This document shows, in pieces, positions 23,971-36,399 of a stretch of 64,000 bases of DNA. This stretch comes from Mobula birostris (lineage: Eukaryota), in the NCBI RefSeq assembly GCF_030028105.1, contig NC_092370.1, positions 75,442,098-75,506,097 on the forward strand, read 5' to 3'. Every line of letters starts with the position of its first letter. Positions within the stretch are counted from its first letter, which is position 1. A model generated the notes under the pieces. It was given only the letters and a program-made list of their open reading frames with translations, was not told where the DNA came from and made no database searches. The translations under genes and the position numbers were made by a program.

Positions 23971-26900
23971 GCTCCTCCTGTCCGATTTGGGAATTCGGGG
24001 TACCTGACTGTTTCCCTGATGACTATTTCCGCAGGAAATGCACCCAACTTCAGGGCCTGGCTGACTGGGTCAAGGAGTTGGAGCTGGAGTTGGATGTACT
24101 CAGCATCATTCAGGAGGATGAAGATATCATAGACAAGATTTTTGAAGGGGTGGTCACACCCAGAGTACAGCCTTCAGGCAGTAGATGAGTGACCACCAGG
24201 AGAGGTAAGGGGATTAAGACGTCAGTGCAGAGTTCCCCTGTGGCCATTCCCCTCAGCAACAAGTATCCCCCTGGGGCCCCACTGTGGCCGGTAAGGGTAA
24301 GGTCAGGCAATGCAGTAACTGTAGGGGACTTCCTAGTTAGGGGGTCAGAAAGGAGATTCTGTGGCTGCAAAAGAGACACCAGGATGGTGAGTTGCCTCCT
24401 GGGTGCTAAGGTCCAGGATGTATCAGAGCGGCTGCAGGATATTCTCAAGGGGGAGGGGGAATGGCCAGAGGTCATGGTGCATATTGGCACCAATGATGTA
24501 GGCAGAAAAGGGGAAGAGGTCCAATGCAGTGGGTACATATAGTTAGGAAAGAGGGTGAAGAGAAGGACCTCCAAGGTTGTAGTCTCTGGATTACTCCCTG
24601 TGCCATGGGCTGGTACAGGTAGGAATGGGGCGAAAGCACGGATGAATGAGTGGCTGAGGAGATGGTGCAGGAGACAGAGTTTCAAGTTCTTGGATCATTG
24701 GAACCTTTTCTGAGAAAGAGGTGACCTGGACAAGTTTGCACCTGACTGGAGGGGAACCAATATCCTGGCTGCAAGGTTTGCTGATGCTACTTTGGAGAGG
24801 TTAAACTAGTTTTGCAGGGGGCTTGGAACCAGAGCCCCAAGTCAGTAAGGGAAGGATCGGACCAGAAAGTAGATGTTAGGAAAAGTATTAAAAGAGAAAA
24901 TCGAAATAGCAGGTATGATGGGCTGAATAGTTTGAAGTGTGTATATTTTAATGATAGGAGTATTATGGGGAAAGGTGATGAACTTAGAGCATGGATCAAT
25001 ACACGGCACTATGATGTTATAGGCGTTACTGAAACTTGGTTGAGAGAGGGGCAGGAATGGGTGATTAATGTACCTGGTTTTCAAAGTTTTATAAAAGAAA
25101 GAGGAGGAAGTAAAAGAGGGGGTGGAGTTGCACTGCTAATCAGGGACAGTATCACAACCGCACTCAGGGGAGACGTAATGGAGGGGTCAGACACTGAGTC
25201 CATTTGGGTGTAACTCAGGAATAGGAAGGGTGCATCACACTGATTGTACTACAGACTCCCAATAGCCACTGTGACATTGAGGAATAGATATGTAATCAGA
25301 TTAAGGAAATGTGTAAAAATAGTAGGGCTGTTGTCATGGGGGATTTCAATTTCCCTAATATATACTGGGACCTTCTTAGTACAAGGGGTTTAAATGAGGT
25401 TTAATTTGTTAAGTGTATCCAGGAAGATTTCTTAAATCAATATGTGGATGGTCCAACGAGAGGTGGGGCCATACTGGACCAAGTGTTGGGTGATAAGTCT
25501 GGCCAGGTGACTGACCTTTCAGTGGGACAACATTTAGGGAACAGTGACTACAACTCCTTAACTTTCAGGATAGCTATAGATAAGGATAGCTTTGTGGGAA
25601 AGTTATAAATTGGAGTAGGACAAATTATGAGGACATTAGGCAGGAACTAAAACGCATTAATTGGGAACATCTGTCCACGTCAGACATGTGGAGGGTGTTT
25701 GAAGATCAATTGCACAGAGTAGAGGAAAGCTATGCTCCATAGGAAGGATGGGGAAGGAAAGAGAGGTGATAAATTTAGTCAAGAAAAAAGAGGAAAAGTA
25801 TGTATTGTTTTGGAAATTAGGATCAAACGAAGCACAGGATGAGTATAAAGAAGTCAGAAAAGAACTAAAGAGGAATTAGGAAAACGAGGAGGGTCACGAA
25901 AAGTTCTTGGCAAGTAGGTTTAAGGTTATTCTCAAGGCATTCTACACTTACATCAAGAGCAAGAGGATAATTAGGGAGAGGGTGGGACCACTCAAGGATA
26001 AAGTTGGAGGGGGGCATTTACTTGGATAAGGAGAATGTGTGTGAGGTACATAATGAGTACTTTGCTTCAGTATCAACCGAGGAAAAGGATATGGAGGACC
26101 AGGAGATCAGTGCTGAGTGAATAAATCCATTAGGGTGTTTAGAGGTCAAAGAGGAGGAAGTGTTGGGCCTCCTAATGAGTGTTAAGGTGGTAAGTCCCGA
26201 GGGCCTGATGGGATTTACCCCAGGTAACTGAAGGAAGCAAGAGATAAGATTGCTGGGGCCTCGACCAGTATCTTTGTGTCCTCTCCAGCCACAGGTGAGG
26301 TCCCGGAGTACTGGCGAGTGGCAAATGTTGTACCTCTTTTTAAGAAGGGAACAAGGGAAAATCCTGGGAACTATAGACCAGTGAGTCTCATGTTAATTGT
26401 CAGGAAATTGCTGGAGAAAATTCTTAGGGCTAGGATATATGAGAATGGCCTAGGTAGAAAGAGCCAGCATGACGTTGTACATGGTAGGCCATACCTTACC
26501 AACTTGGTTGAGTTTTTTGAGGAGGCGGAACTAAATAGTTACGGCATCCAACGGTGGCTCCTTTGCTTGCACCTTCGAAAACAGCTCTACTTCCATCTTT
26601 AATGTTTCTATTTTTCCCTTTCAGGGTTCTTTTGAAGACCTCGACCTGGAGTTACACACTGACTACGGTTCTTTGCGGGAGTGGGAACCGCTCCCGGGAT
26701 TCCACAATCGGCTGCTATTCGGCATGCCAAAGTCTCGGCCTAAGATTTTGGCAGGGATTCAGAAGTCTGGGATCTTGAGGAACTGGAGATGAGTGGATCA
26801 AGGGTCAGTGTCCCCACAGGAGACCCATGTGTCATTGGGGGAGTTAGAACATCTGCTGTGTGCCTGGGGACCCGGGATCCTTGCGATCTCCAGGCACAGA

Positions 26901-28555
26901 GTTCGAAAAAAGTGACGTAACGGACTTTTTAACATCATAAACCAGCCAGTTGTTTGTTATATCTCCCCGCTCATTAGAAAATGGAGTCATCTCTTTCTCC
27001 CTTATTAGGAGAGAGAGAGCCTGCAGCATGTCGAATTATCGGGTGAACAATGTCGTCTTTGGGGTAACTGCAAGTCTGTATCTTTGCTCACACTTGAGTG
27101 CTGGTAGCGGGTGCGCTTTATTTTTGCCGGTGGGGGGTGGGGGGATTGTTGCTTACTGCCGCTTTAGCGCGGGAGGGAGGGAAGCTGTGGGGGGGGGGAG
27201 TTTTTGGGGTTCTAACATTTAACTGTCGTTCATTCTTGGGGCACTCCTCTGTTTTTGTGGATGGTTGCAAAGAAAAAACATTTCAGGATGTATATTGTAT
27301 ACATTTCTCTGACATTAAATTGTACCTTTGAACCTTTGACAAGGTGAAGAGAGGGATTGAGAAGGGTAGAGCAGTGGATGTTGTCTCCATGGATTTTAGT
27401 AAGGCATTTGACAAAGTGTCCTCATGGGAGGCTAATCCAGAAGATTAAGATTAAGATTCCACGGTGAATTGGCTGTTTGGATTCAGAACTGGCTTGCCGG
27501 TAGAAGACAGAGGGTAGTGGCTGAAGGGACTTATTTAAGCTGGAGGTCTGTAATTAGTGGAGTTCTCTAATCAGAGATCTGTGTTGGGACCTCTCCTGTT
27601 TGTGATGTATATAAATGACCTGAATGAAAATGTCGATCAGTGGGTTAATAAATTTGTGGATGATAGCAAGATTGGTGGAGTTGTGGATAGTGTAGAAGAC
27701 TGGCAAAGAATACAGCGTGATATAGATCAGTTGCAGATATGGGCTGAGAAATGGCAGATAGAGTTTAACCCAGATAAATATGAGGTGTTGCACTTTGGTA
27801 GAGCAAATGCAAGGAGACAGTACATTGTTGTGGGCAAAGTCCTTAACAGTGTTGCTGAGCAGAGACATCTTGGGATCCAAGTCCACAGCTCCTTGGAAGT
27901 GGCTACACAGGTCAATAAGGAGGTTAAGAAGGCTTATGGAATGCTTGCTTTTATTAGTTGAGGCAATGAGTTCAAAAATCAGGAGATTATTTTGCAACTT
28001 TATAAAACTCTGATTAGGCCACATCTGGAGTATTGCATACAGTTCTGGTCACCCCACTATAGGAAGGATGTTTAGGCTTTGGAGAGGGTGCAGAAGAGGT
28101 CTACCAGGATGCTGCCTGGTTTAGAGGGCGTGTGCTATCATGAGAGGTTGGGATAAACTTGGGTTGTCTTCTCTGGAGAACTGGAGATCTGATAGAGCTT
28201 TACAAGATTAAGAGAGGCATAGGTTGAATAGACAGAGAGTATCTGTTTCCCACGGTTGAAATGACTAATACCAGAGGACATGCATTGAAGGTGAGAGGGG
28301 GTAGGTTCAAGGGGAATATGAGGGGTAAGTTTTTCACTCAGAGAGTCATGGATGCCTGGAATGCACTGCTTGTTATGGTGGTCAAGGCAAATACATTAGA
28401 GGCGTTTGGATAGGCACATGGATGTAAGGAAGATGGAGGGATATGGACATGGTGTTGGTTGGAGGAATTAGTGTTAGGGTGTTTTTGATTTGTTTTTTAG
28501 CTGGTTCAGCACAACATTGTGGGCCGAATGGCCTGTTCCTGTAGTCTATGTTCTA
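23965..28555 (+). mobile_element. Near full-length CR1 LINE (ORF1 zinc finger + SGNH esterase; ORF2 endonuclease + RT), inactivated
   Basis: ORF1: C.IWE..DDY..RKC.QLQ, VGD.LVRG, VHIGTND. ORF2: [66 protein letters not shown]; 3' tail tctatgttct. Many stops. Confidence 0.95.
26525..27335 (+). mobile_element. Non-autonomous repeat, copy 2, inserted in the CR1 RT
   Basis: CR1 reading NLVEFFEE breaks at ~26525 and resumes (..gattgagaagggtagagcagtggatg) at ~27340; tail acctttgaacctttga. Confidence 0.8.
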
Positions 28556-29454
28556 ATGGATTTTCTAATTGTGCTTTCTTGTAAAAATAGTGTATATTTA
28601 CGATTAATTTATATTTTTCTCATGAATGCGGCTTATTTGACGCTCTGAGCCTATGATGCTGCTGAAGGTACGTTTTTCATTGCACCTGTGCATACACAGA
28701 CTTGTGCACACGACAATAAACTTGACTTTGACTTCAAATTGCATTGCACATCCCCTTTTACAGACCCACCCAATTATTTTATTAAAGCATTCATTTTTGT
28801 ATGGGTGTACAGGATTGCAGCCAACAGATTCCCCCTGTTGCTTGATAAATAAAAGGAGATTCTTGCAGGATAAATGTGAGGAGTGGAGAAATTATTCCTA
28901 GTGGGACCGGGCCAGTGAAAATGTTTATACCAACTTGTTTCCCTCAGCTCTGTTACTTCTGATGTGATTAGCTCAAAATATTTTGCCTTTGTGTATCCTG
29001 TAAATTCTGTGTGTGCTCATTTGACTGTGATAAGCATCAGCAGTTGCAGCATTCACAATGAATATTGTTTGTCCTCATGGGGCAGTCTCCCTGTGCTTGG
29101 CTGATATTTTTAACAAAGATTTGGCTAAGACTATTTTTTAATTGAAAAGAACAATTGTGGTAAAAATGACAGTTACCCTGTTTAATATTGATTGTCTCAT
29201 AATCTGCATTGCATCATATTTTAATTTGTAACTGATTTGAACAAAATACGTAAGCAATTGAAGTATTCCATAGTGGGCCTGAAGGCTATAATGAGCTGCT
29301 TTTCACTATAAAGTAGGGGCTCCCAATCTTTATTATGTCAGGAACCAATACCATTAATGAGGGGTCCATGGACTTCTGGTTGGAAACTCCTGCTCTAAAG
29401 ACAGCGTTGCCTTAGAAATCATGGCTCTGTATAGGAGGCAAATAAACACAGCGT

Positions 29455-29850
29455 ACAACACACACAGAATGCTGGAGGAACTCAGGAGGTCAGGCAGCAT
29501 CTAATGGAGGGGAATGAACAGTCAACGTTTCAAGCCGTGACCTTTCATCACGACTGGAAAGAACCAGGGCAGAAGCCAGAATAACTGGGTGGGAGAGGTG
29601 GGGGAGCACGGGCTGGCAGGTGATAGGTGAGACCAGGTGACAGGGGGAGAGCGGGTGAGGAGGGGCGAGTGGGAATGATGTGAGAAACTGGGAGGTGATA
29701 GGTAGACGAAGCAATGGTTGAAGAGGATGGAATCTGATAGGAGAGGACACTAGTCCATGGAATAAAAGGGAAGAAAGTGGGGAACCAGAGGGAGGAAGGT
29801 GTGGATGATGGAGGAGTGGAGAGTGAAGAGGAGAAGGGAAAACAAGGGCA
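29455..29850 (-). mobile_element. Penelope-derived non-coding 3' element
   Basis: gctggaggaactcaggaggtcaggcagcatct plus a degenerate hammerhead motif at ~29519-29556. Confidence 0.75.
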
Positions 29851-30124
29851 ATATAGGTTGCCAGGGTGGTAAGCATTTCAGTCTAGAGGTGTCAACCATA
29901 ATCTTCCAATTGCCTGGTAGTCCCATTAACCACATCCCAGTCAGTTACATTCAGTAGTAATGCACAAGGTGCTGGAAGAACTCAGCAGGTCAAGCAGTGT
30001 CCATGGAGGAAGCAGACAATTTGTGTTTCTGGTCAAGATCCCTCCACTGAACATCAATTTTTCCAATTTCCAACTTCGGATCCCTCTTTTAGAACATAGA
30101 GTAGTACAGCCTTTTCTCACAATG

Positions 30125-30750
30125 AGACAACCAGAGTCTCCAAGTGTGGTCTAACTAGAGTTTTATAGAGCTGTAACATTACCTCATAGCTCTTGAACTC
30201 TATCCCATGACTAATGAAGGCTACCAAACCATATGCCTTCTTAACCACTCATCAACTTGCATGGCAACATTGGAGGATCTATAAGAATAGACTCCAAGAT
30301 CACTCTGTTCTTCCATGTTGTTAAGAATCCTGCTACTTTCCCTGTACTTTGCCTTCAAGCTTAACCTTCCAAATCTTATGTGCCACTTCTCAGCACATCT
30401 CTGCATCCTGCCAGTGTCCTGTTTTGTAACTATGACAACCTTCTACACTGCCCACAATGCCACCAGCCTTTGTGTCCTCTGCAGACTTACTAACCCAACC
30501 CTCCAAGTCATTTCTCATCCAAGTCATTTATAAAAATCACAAAGAGCAGGGGTCCCAGAACAGATCCCTGTGAAACACCGCTGGTCACCGTGCTCCATCT
30601 ACTACCACCCTTTGCCTTCTGTGGGCATAAAAATCTGAACTGACACAGCCAAGTTTCCCTGTGTTCCATGCCTACTGACTGCTGAATGAGCCAACTATGT
30701 CCAAATGCCTTACTAAAATCCATACGGTAAACACCACACTCACTGCTCAA
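30125..30750 (-). mobile_element. CR1 RT fragment
   Basis: [25 protein letters not shown]. Confidence 0.88.
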
Positions 30751-31126
30751 AACTAAATTGTTTTTCTTATCTTATCAGTCTTATCACCCCTTCTTGATCC
30801 CCCCTCCTGCCCTCTCGATCTGCCCATGTCCCACACACTCCTCCCTCCATCTCTCCTCACTTCCTTTCCTTTATTTCATGGTCTACCATTTTCTTTTATT
30901 AGATTCCATTATCTTTAGCCCTTTGTCTATTCTACTAATCACCTGCCAGTTCTTGTTCTGATCTTTAACCCACCTTTTATACCAGCTATCTCCCATTTTT
31001 CTGTCCAGTCCTGATGAAGGGTCTCAACCTGAAATTTCAGATGTCTGTTCCCTCCACAAATGTTGCCTGACCTTCTGAATTCCTCCAGTATCATGTGTGC
31101 TGTTCCCGACTCCAGCATTCCAGGAT

Positions 31127-32710
31127 CAGAATCAGGTTTATTAACACTAACATATGTCATAAAGTTGTTTTCTGGCAACAGGACAGTGCAGGACATAAAA
31201 ATTACTATAAGTTACAATAATTAATAAATAAATAAACAAACAGACAGATAACTAAATATATAGATGTAAGGGGTTTCTTCTTTTATGTTACTGCGTAGGC
31301 TAATCAAAATGGCTTCTTTGTTATGTTATAATTAAAATGGCTTTTCTGAAATAACTGTGATGTAAGGAGTTCTCTCTCTGCTTGTTTGGGTTATATTATT
31401 GAAAAGAGAGGAAATGAACCGATTGGGATAGATGTTATTCTTTCTTGTGTGTCTGTAAGCCATTGTGTTGCGCGGGTTTTGAGGCAGAAGGTGCGATGGG
31501 GAGAGAGAGAGAGTGGACGCGATGCTGTGAGCTGGCCGACGGGACGGACCCTAAGTGGGAGTCCGAGGTCCAGGGTCTTTGACGAGGAGAGAAGACGAAG
31601 ACAGACTCGTGTGGAGCGTCTGGTCGACCACCGTGGTTGGTCCCAGGTGCTGAGAGGGGATCGAATGGTGAAAAGAGCATCGTTACTAGAGCTCCAACTT
31701 TTTGTGCACTAAGTGGTTGAACTTTGATAAGTTTGACACCTTTTACTTTCCTTTTATGTTTTATCTCTATTAATTACATAGTTCCAGTAATATCTATAAA
31801 TTGTCATCATTTAATTGCATATGGTGTATTGTCTGTTATTTGGGCGGGGTGGGGTACATCACACAGCACCACACAAACTTGATTACCCAGTTTGACAGGG
31901 CCGAAGGCTGCTCCCCCTAGACGACAGCGAGTTGAGCGAGCCTGAGGCTTACCAGGGGGCTACATAGATAACTAGTATAAAAAGGAATAACGTCTAGTGT
32001 TCATGGGCTCAAGGACAGTTCAGAAATCTCATGTCCATGATCGTTGGGAGGGTTATGGCCATGATGGAGCTGCCTGAGTTTACAACACTCTGCAGCCTCG
32101 TTGTTCACGTGTATTGGAGCCTCCATACCAGGCAGTGACACATCCAGGCTGCTCTCCAGTGCATCTGTAGAAATTTGCCAGTGTCTTGGTGCCATACCAA
32201 ATCTGCTCAAACTCCTAATGAGGTACAGCCACTGTTGTGCCTTCTTTGTGATTGCATCAATACGTTGTATCAGGATATTTCTCCTGAGATGTTGACACCC
32301 AGGAACTTGAAACTGTTTGCCTTTTCCACTGATGCTGACCCCTTGATGAGGACTGGTGTGTGTTCTCCTCACTTGCCCTTCTCAAAGTCCACAATCAATT
32401 CTTTGGTCTTGCTGACATCAAGTGCGAGTCTGTTGTTGCAACACCACTCCACTAGCAAATCTACCTCACTCTGGTTACGTCTCCTTGATGCCATTTGAGA
32501 TTCTGCCAACAACAGTGATGTCATCGACGAATTTATAGATGACGTTTGAGCTGTACCTAGTCATATAGTCGTTAGTATAAGAGAGTAGAGCAGTGGGTAA
32601 GCACACATTCTCAAGGTGTGCCTCCATTGATTACTAATGAGGAGGAATTGTTATTTTTGATCTGCAGTGACTATGGTTTCCTCATGTGGAAGTTAAGGAT
32701 CCAGTTGCAG
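31127..32710 (-). mobile_element. Rex1/Babar fragment interrupted by a solo LTR
   Basis: IDAITKKAQQWLYLIRSLSRFGM; tail tcagaatcaggtttatt at ~31127. Confidence 0.85.
31265..31964. mobile_element. Solo LTR, 700 bp, Gypsy-like
   Basis: TGTA...TACA termini with a 4-bp TSD taga (31261-31264 and 31965-31968). Confidence 0.8.
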
Positions 32711-33989
32711 AGTTGCTGCAGGCTCTCTTGTGTCTCCAGTGGAACTCAGTGGTAGGAAAGCTATGAGCAATCCAGCTCAAAACTGAATGGAAGAGTATGC
32801 ATTAATTCAGTAAAACAAGTCATATTTGTTAGAGGTCGAACTAATAATGACTTTTATTTAATGAGAAAAAGGGAGAATTGATAAGGAGAATGTGGAAGAT
32901 GTGTTGTATGGTTTGTCTGATGAAGGCCACACAATAAAGACACAAGAGATTGTAGATACTGAGATCTTGCGCAACAAACAATCTACTGGAGCTACTCAGT
33001 TATAGTTGCAAAAGGACTCAAAACATCGACTATTCACTTACCTCCTCAGAGGCTGCCTGACCTGCCAAGTTCCTCCAGCACGTTGTTTGTTGCTCCACAA
33101 ATGAGACTTGTCAGCAAAATTAAAGCTCTTGCAATAAGGGTTGCTGCTAAAGATGCTGGTTTCAGGGCAGTAGAGGGGATGGGTGGTTGATAATTTGGCC
33201 GGAGGACTCCCATGCCGGAGCGCGGCTGCTCTTTCCTTCTGATCACTACTGCTGTTGGTAGAAACTCCGATGGAAACTAGGAGGGATACAGAAGTGAGAT
33301 AGATTGGTTGAATGGTGTCACAACAATCCCTCACACAATATTAGCAAGACTAAAGAACTGATTATAGACTTCAGGAAGTGTAAATTGGGAGAAACAGACA
33401 CCAGTCCTCATCGAGAGCTCTTTACTTACTTAGTAGGGTAAGAAAATTCAGCTTGTCACTGAACATTCTAGCAAACTTCTTCAGATGTACTGTTGAAGGT
33501 ATCCTGACTGGTTGTATTACGGTCTGATGCAACAATTCAAATACAAAGGAATGAAAGAAGCTGCCAAGACTAGCGGCCCCTGTCCAATGCATCATGGGCA
33601 CATCCCTTCCCACCATCGGTAGCATTTACAGCAGGCACTGTTTCGAGAAGGCAGCATCTATCATCAAAGATCCCCACAATCTGGGGCCTGCTGCCGTCTT
33701 ACAGGTACCATCAGGCAGGAGGTACAGAGGTCTGTAGTCCCACGCCACCAGGTCAGGAACTTCAACTATTCAGTAACACCATGAACACTTTGACCAATTT
33801 GCACTAAAATAGACTTCTTTTGTTCTAATTGGGGTTGTTCTTGTAAACATACTGTATGATTTATGTTTAATTTATGTTTTTCTTGTGAATGCTACTTATG
33901 ATACTATGTGCCTGTGCTGCTGCTGTACATACTATAAATTTTACCATTGCACTTGCGCATATGACAATAAACTCGGCTCTGGCTTTGAC

Positions 33990-34510
33990 TTTGGAAAGGG
34001 TGGGCAGCATCAAGTTCCTGAGCATCAACATCTTGGAGGATCTATCCTGGGCAAAAAATATAGATGCAATCACAAAGAAGGCAGACCAGGATCACTCCAT
34101 GAGGAGTTTGAAGAGATTTCTTATGTCGTTAAAACTCTTTCAAATTTCTATATACAGTATGTATGGAGAAGAGAAGTCTGACTGGTTGCGTCACCACTTG
34201 CTATGGAGGCTGCAGTGCACAGAATCAAAAAAAGCTGCATAAAGGGTTGGAGACTCAGCCAGCTATATCATGGCCCTATCGAGGACATCTTCAAAAAGCA
34301 GTGCCTCAAGAATGCAGAAACCATCATTAAGGACCCTCGGCATCTGGGACATGTCACCTTTTCATTAATTGCATTAGGGAGGAACTATAGGAGCTTGAAG
34401 AGCTACACTCAAAGATTCAGAAACAGCTTCTTCCCTTCCACCATCAGATTTCTGAGTGGTCATGAACCTATGAACACTACTTCATTATTCCAGTTTTTGC
34501 ACTATTTACC
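33990..34510 (+). mobile_element. Rex1/Babar 3' fragment
   Basis: EDLSW..IDAITKKA, IIKDP.H.GH..FSL...[23 protein letters not shown]. Confidence 0.85.
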
Positions 34511-34544
34511 TATATTTGTATTTTTATGTCTTAGCACTGTACCT

Positions 34545-35757
34545 GTAACAAAACACATTGATGAAGGTAGAGCAGTGGATGCAGTGTATATGGATTTCAG
34601 TAAGGCATTTGATAAGGTTCCCCCTCCAAGACTCATTCAGAAAGTAATAAAGCATGGGACCCAAGGAGACTTTGCTTTATGGATCCAGAATTGGCTTGAC
34701 CACAGAAGGCAAAGGGCGGTTGTAGATGGTTCGTATTCTGCATGGAGGATGGTAACCAGTGGTGTTCCACAGGGATCTGTTCTGGGACCCCTCCTCTTTG
34801 TGATTTTTATAAATGAACTGGATGAGGAAGTAGAAGGGTGGGCTGGTAACCTAGCTGATGACACAAAAGTTGGGGTGTTGTGGATAGTCTGGATGGTTAT
34901 CAGAGGTTACAGTGGAACATCGATAGCTTGCAAAACTGGGCTGAGAAGTGGCTGATGTGTTCAACCCAAATAAGTGTGAAGTGGTTAATTTCAGTAAGTC
35001 AGATATGAAGACAGAATATAATATTAATGGTAAGACTCGTGGCAGTGTGGAGGATCAGTGAGATCTTGGGGTCTATGTCCATAGGACACTCAAAGCTGCT
35101 ATGCAGGTTGATAGTGTTGTTAAGAAGGCGTATGGTAAGTTGGCCTTCATCAACCGTGGGATTGAGTTCAAGATCCGCGAGGTAATGTTACAGCTAAGAC
35201 CTTAGTTGGACCCCACTAGGAGTACTGTGTTTAGTTCTGGTCACCTCACTCCAGGAAGGATGTGGATACTATAGAGAGATTGCAGGGGAGATTTACAAGG
35301 ATGTTACCTAGATTAGAGAGCATGCCTTATGAGATTAGGTTGAGTGAACTTGGCCTTTTCTCCTTGGAGTGACGGAGGATGAGAGGTGACCTGACAGAGG
35401 TGTACAAGATGATGAGAGGCATTGATCGTGTGGATAGTCAGAGGCTTTTTCCCAGGGCTGAAATGGCTAACACAAAAGGGCAGTTTTAAGGTGCTTGGAA
35501 GTAGGTATAGAAGGGATGTCAGAGGTACGTTTTTCACACAGAGAGTGGTGGTTGTGTGGAATGGACTGCCAGCGATGGTGGTAGAGGCAGATGCAATAGG
35601 GTCTCTTAATAGACTCTTAGATAGGTACATGGAGCTTAGTAAAATAGAGGGCTATGTGGTAGGGAAATTCTAGGCAATTTCTAGAGTAGGTTACATGGTC
35701 AGTACAACATTGTGGGCCGAAGGCTTGAAATATGCTGTAGATTTCTATGTTTCTATG
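34545..35757 (+). mobile_element. CR1 RT and 3' UTR
   Basis: [41 protein letters not shown]; tail ttctatgtttctatg. Confidence 0.92.
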
Positions 35758-36399
35758 TACCTCTGCTGAAACATAAAATAGAACATGTTGTTTGCATCAG
35801 TGGTGATAAATCTGATTTTGATTTTATATTTGATTGATGTTTGATTCTACGTTAGACAGTGCAGAGAGCACCTTTACAAACTATGCAGGCCCAACAAAAC
35901 AGAAGACTAGTATGTGGAAAGAACAAGGAGAGACTCTATGGCCAATGTCAGTTTTTTCCAAAAACCTCAAAGTGCTTTGATTGGAAGGAGCACGCAGGAG
36001 CATCGGGATGTGAGGTGCAGCAGGAACAGAGGTAAAGCTGCAGAATCATTGCAACTGCCCAGGACAGTTGCAGCTCACAGAGTTGCACAGCACAGAAACA
36101 TAACACCTGTCTGTACTAATCCCATTTTCCTGCATTAATTCCAAATTCCTCTGTGCTCTGCTCATTCAGGTACCTGTTCTGACGCCTCTTAAGTGTTGTC
36201 ACTCTTCCTGCCTCCATCAGGTCCTCTGGCAGCGTGTTGTGGGTGGGGGTTGGTGGGAAAGGAGATTGCTGTTGTTGCTTGTTGTGTGTTGTTCCACTGA
36301 ACTTTGTGGACATGCTAGAATGTGTGGCGCCACTTGCAGGCTGACCCAGCACATCCTCAGATTGTGTTGGTTGTTAATTCAAATTACACATTTCACGGT

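Noticed and set aside
34203-34955. Longest ORF (250 aa) as a novel gene
   Set aside because: Chance in-frame fusion of a Rex1 C-terminus/3' UTR with an adjacent CR1 RT fragment.
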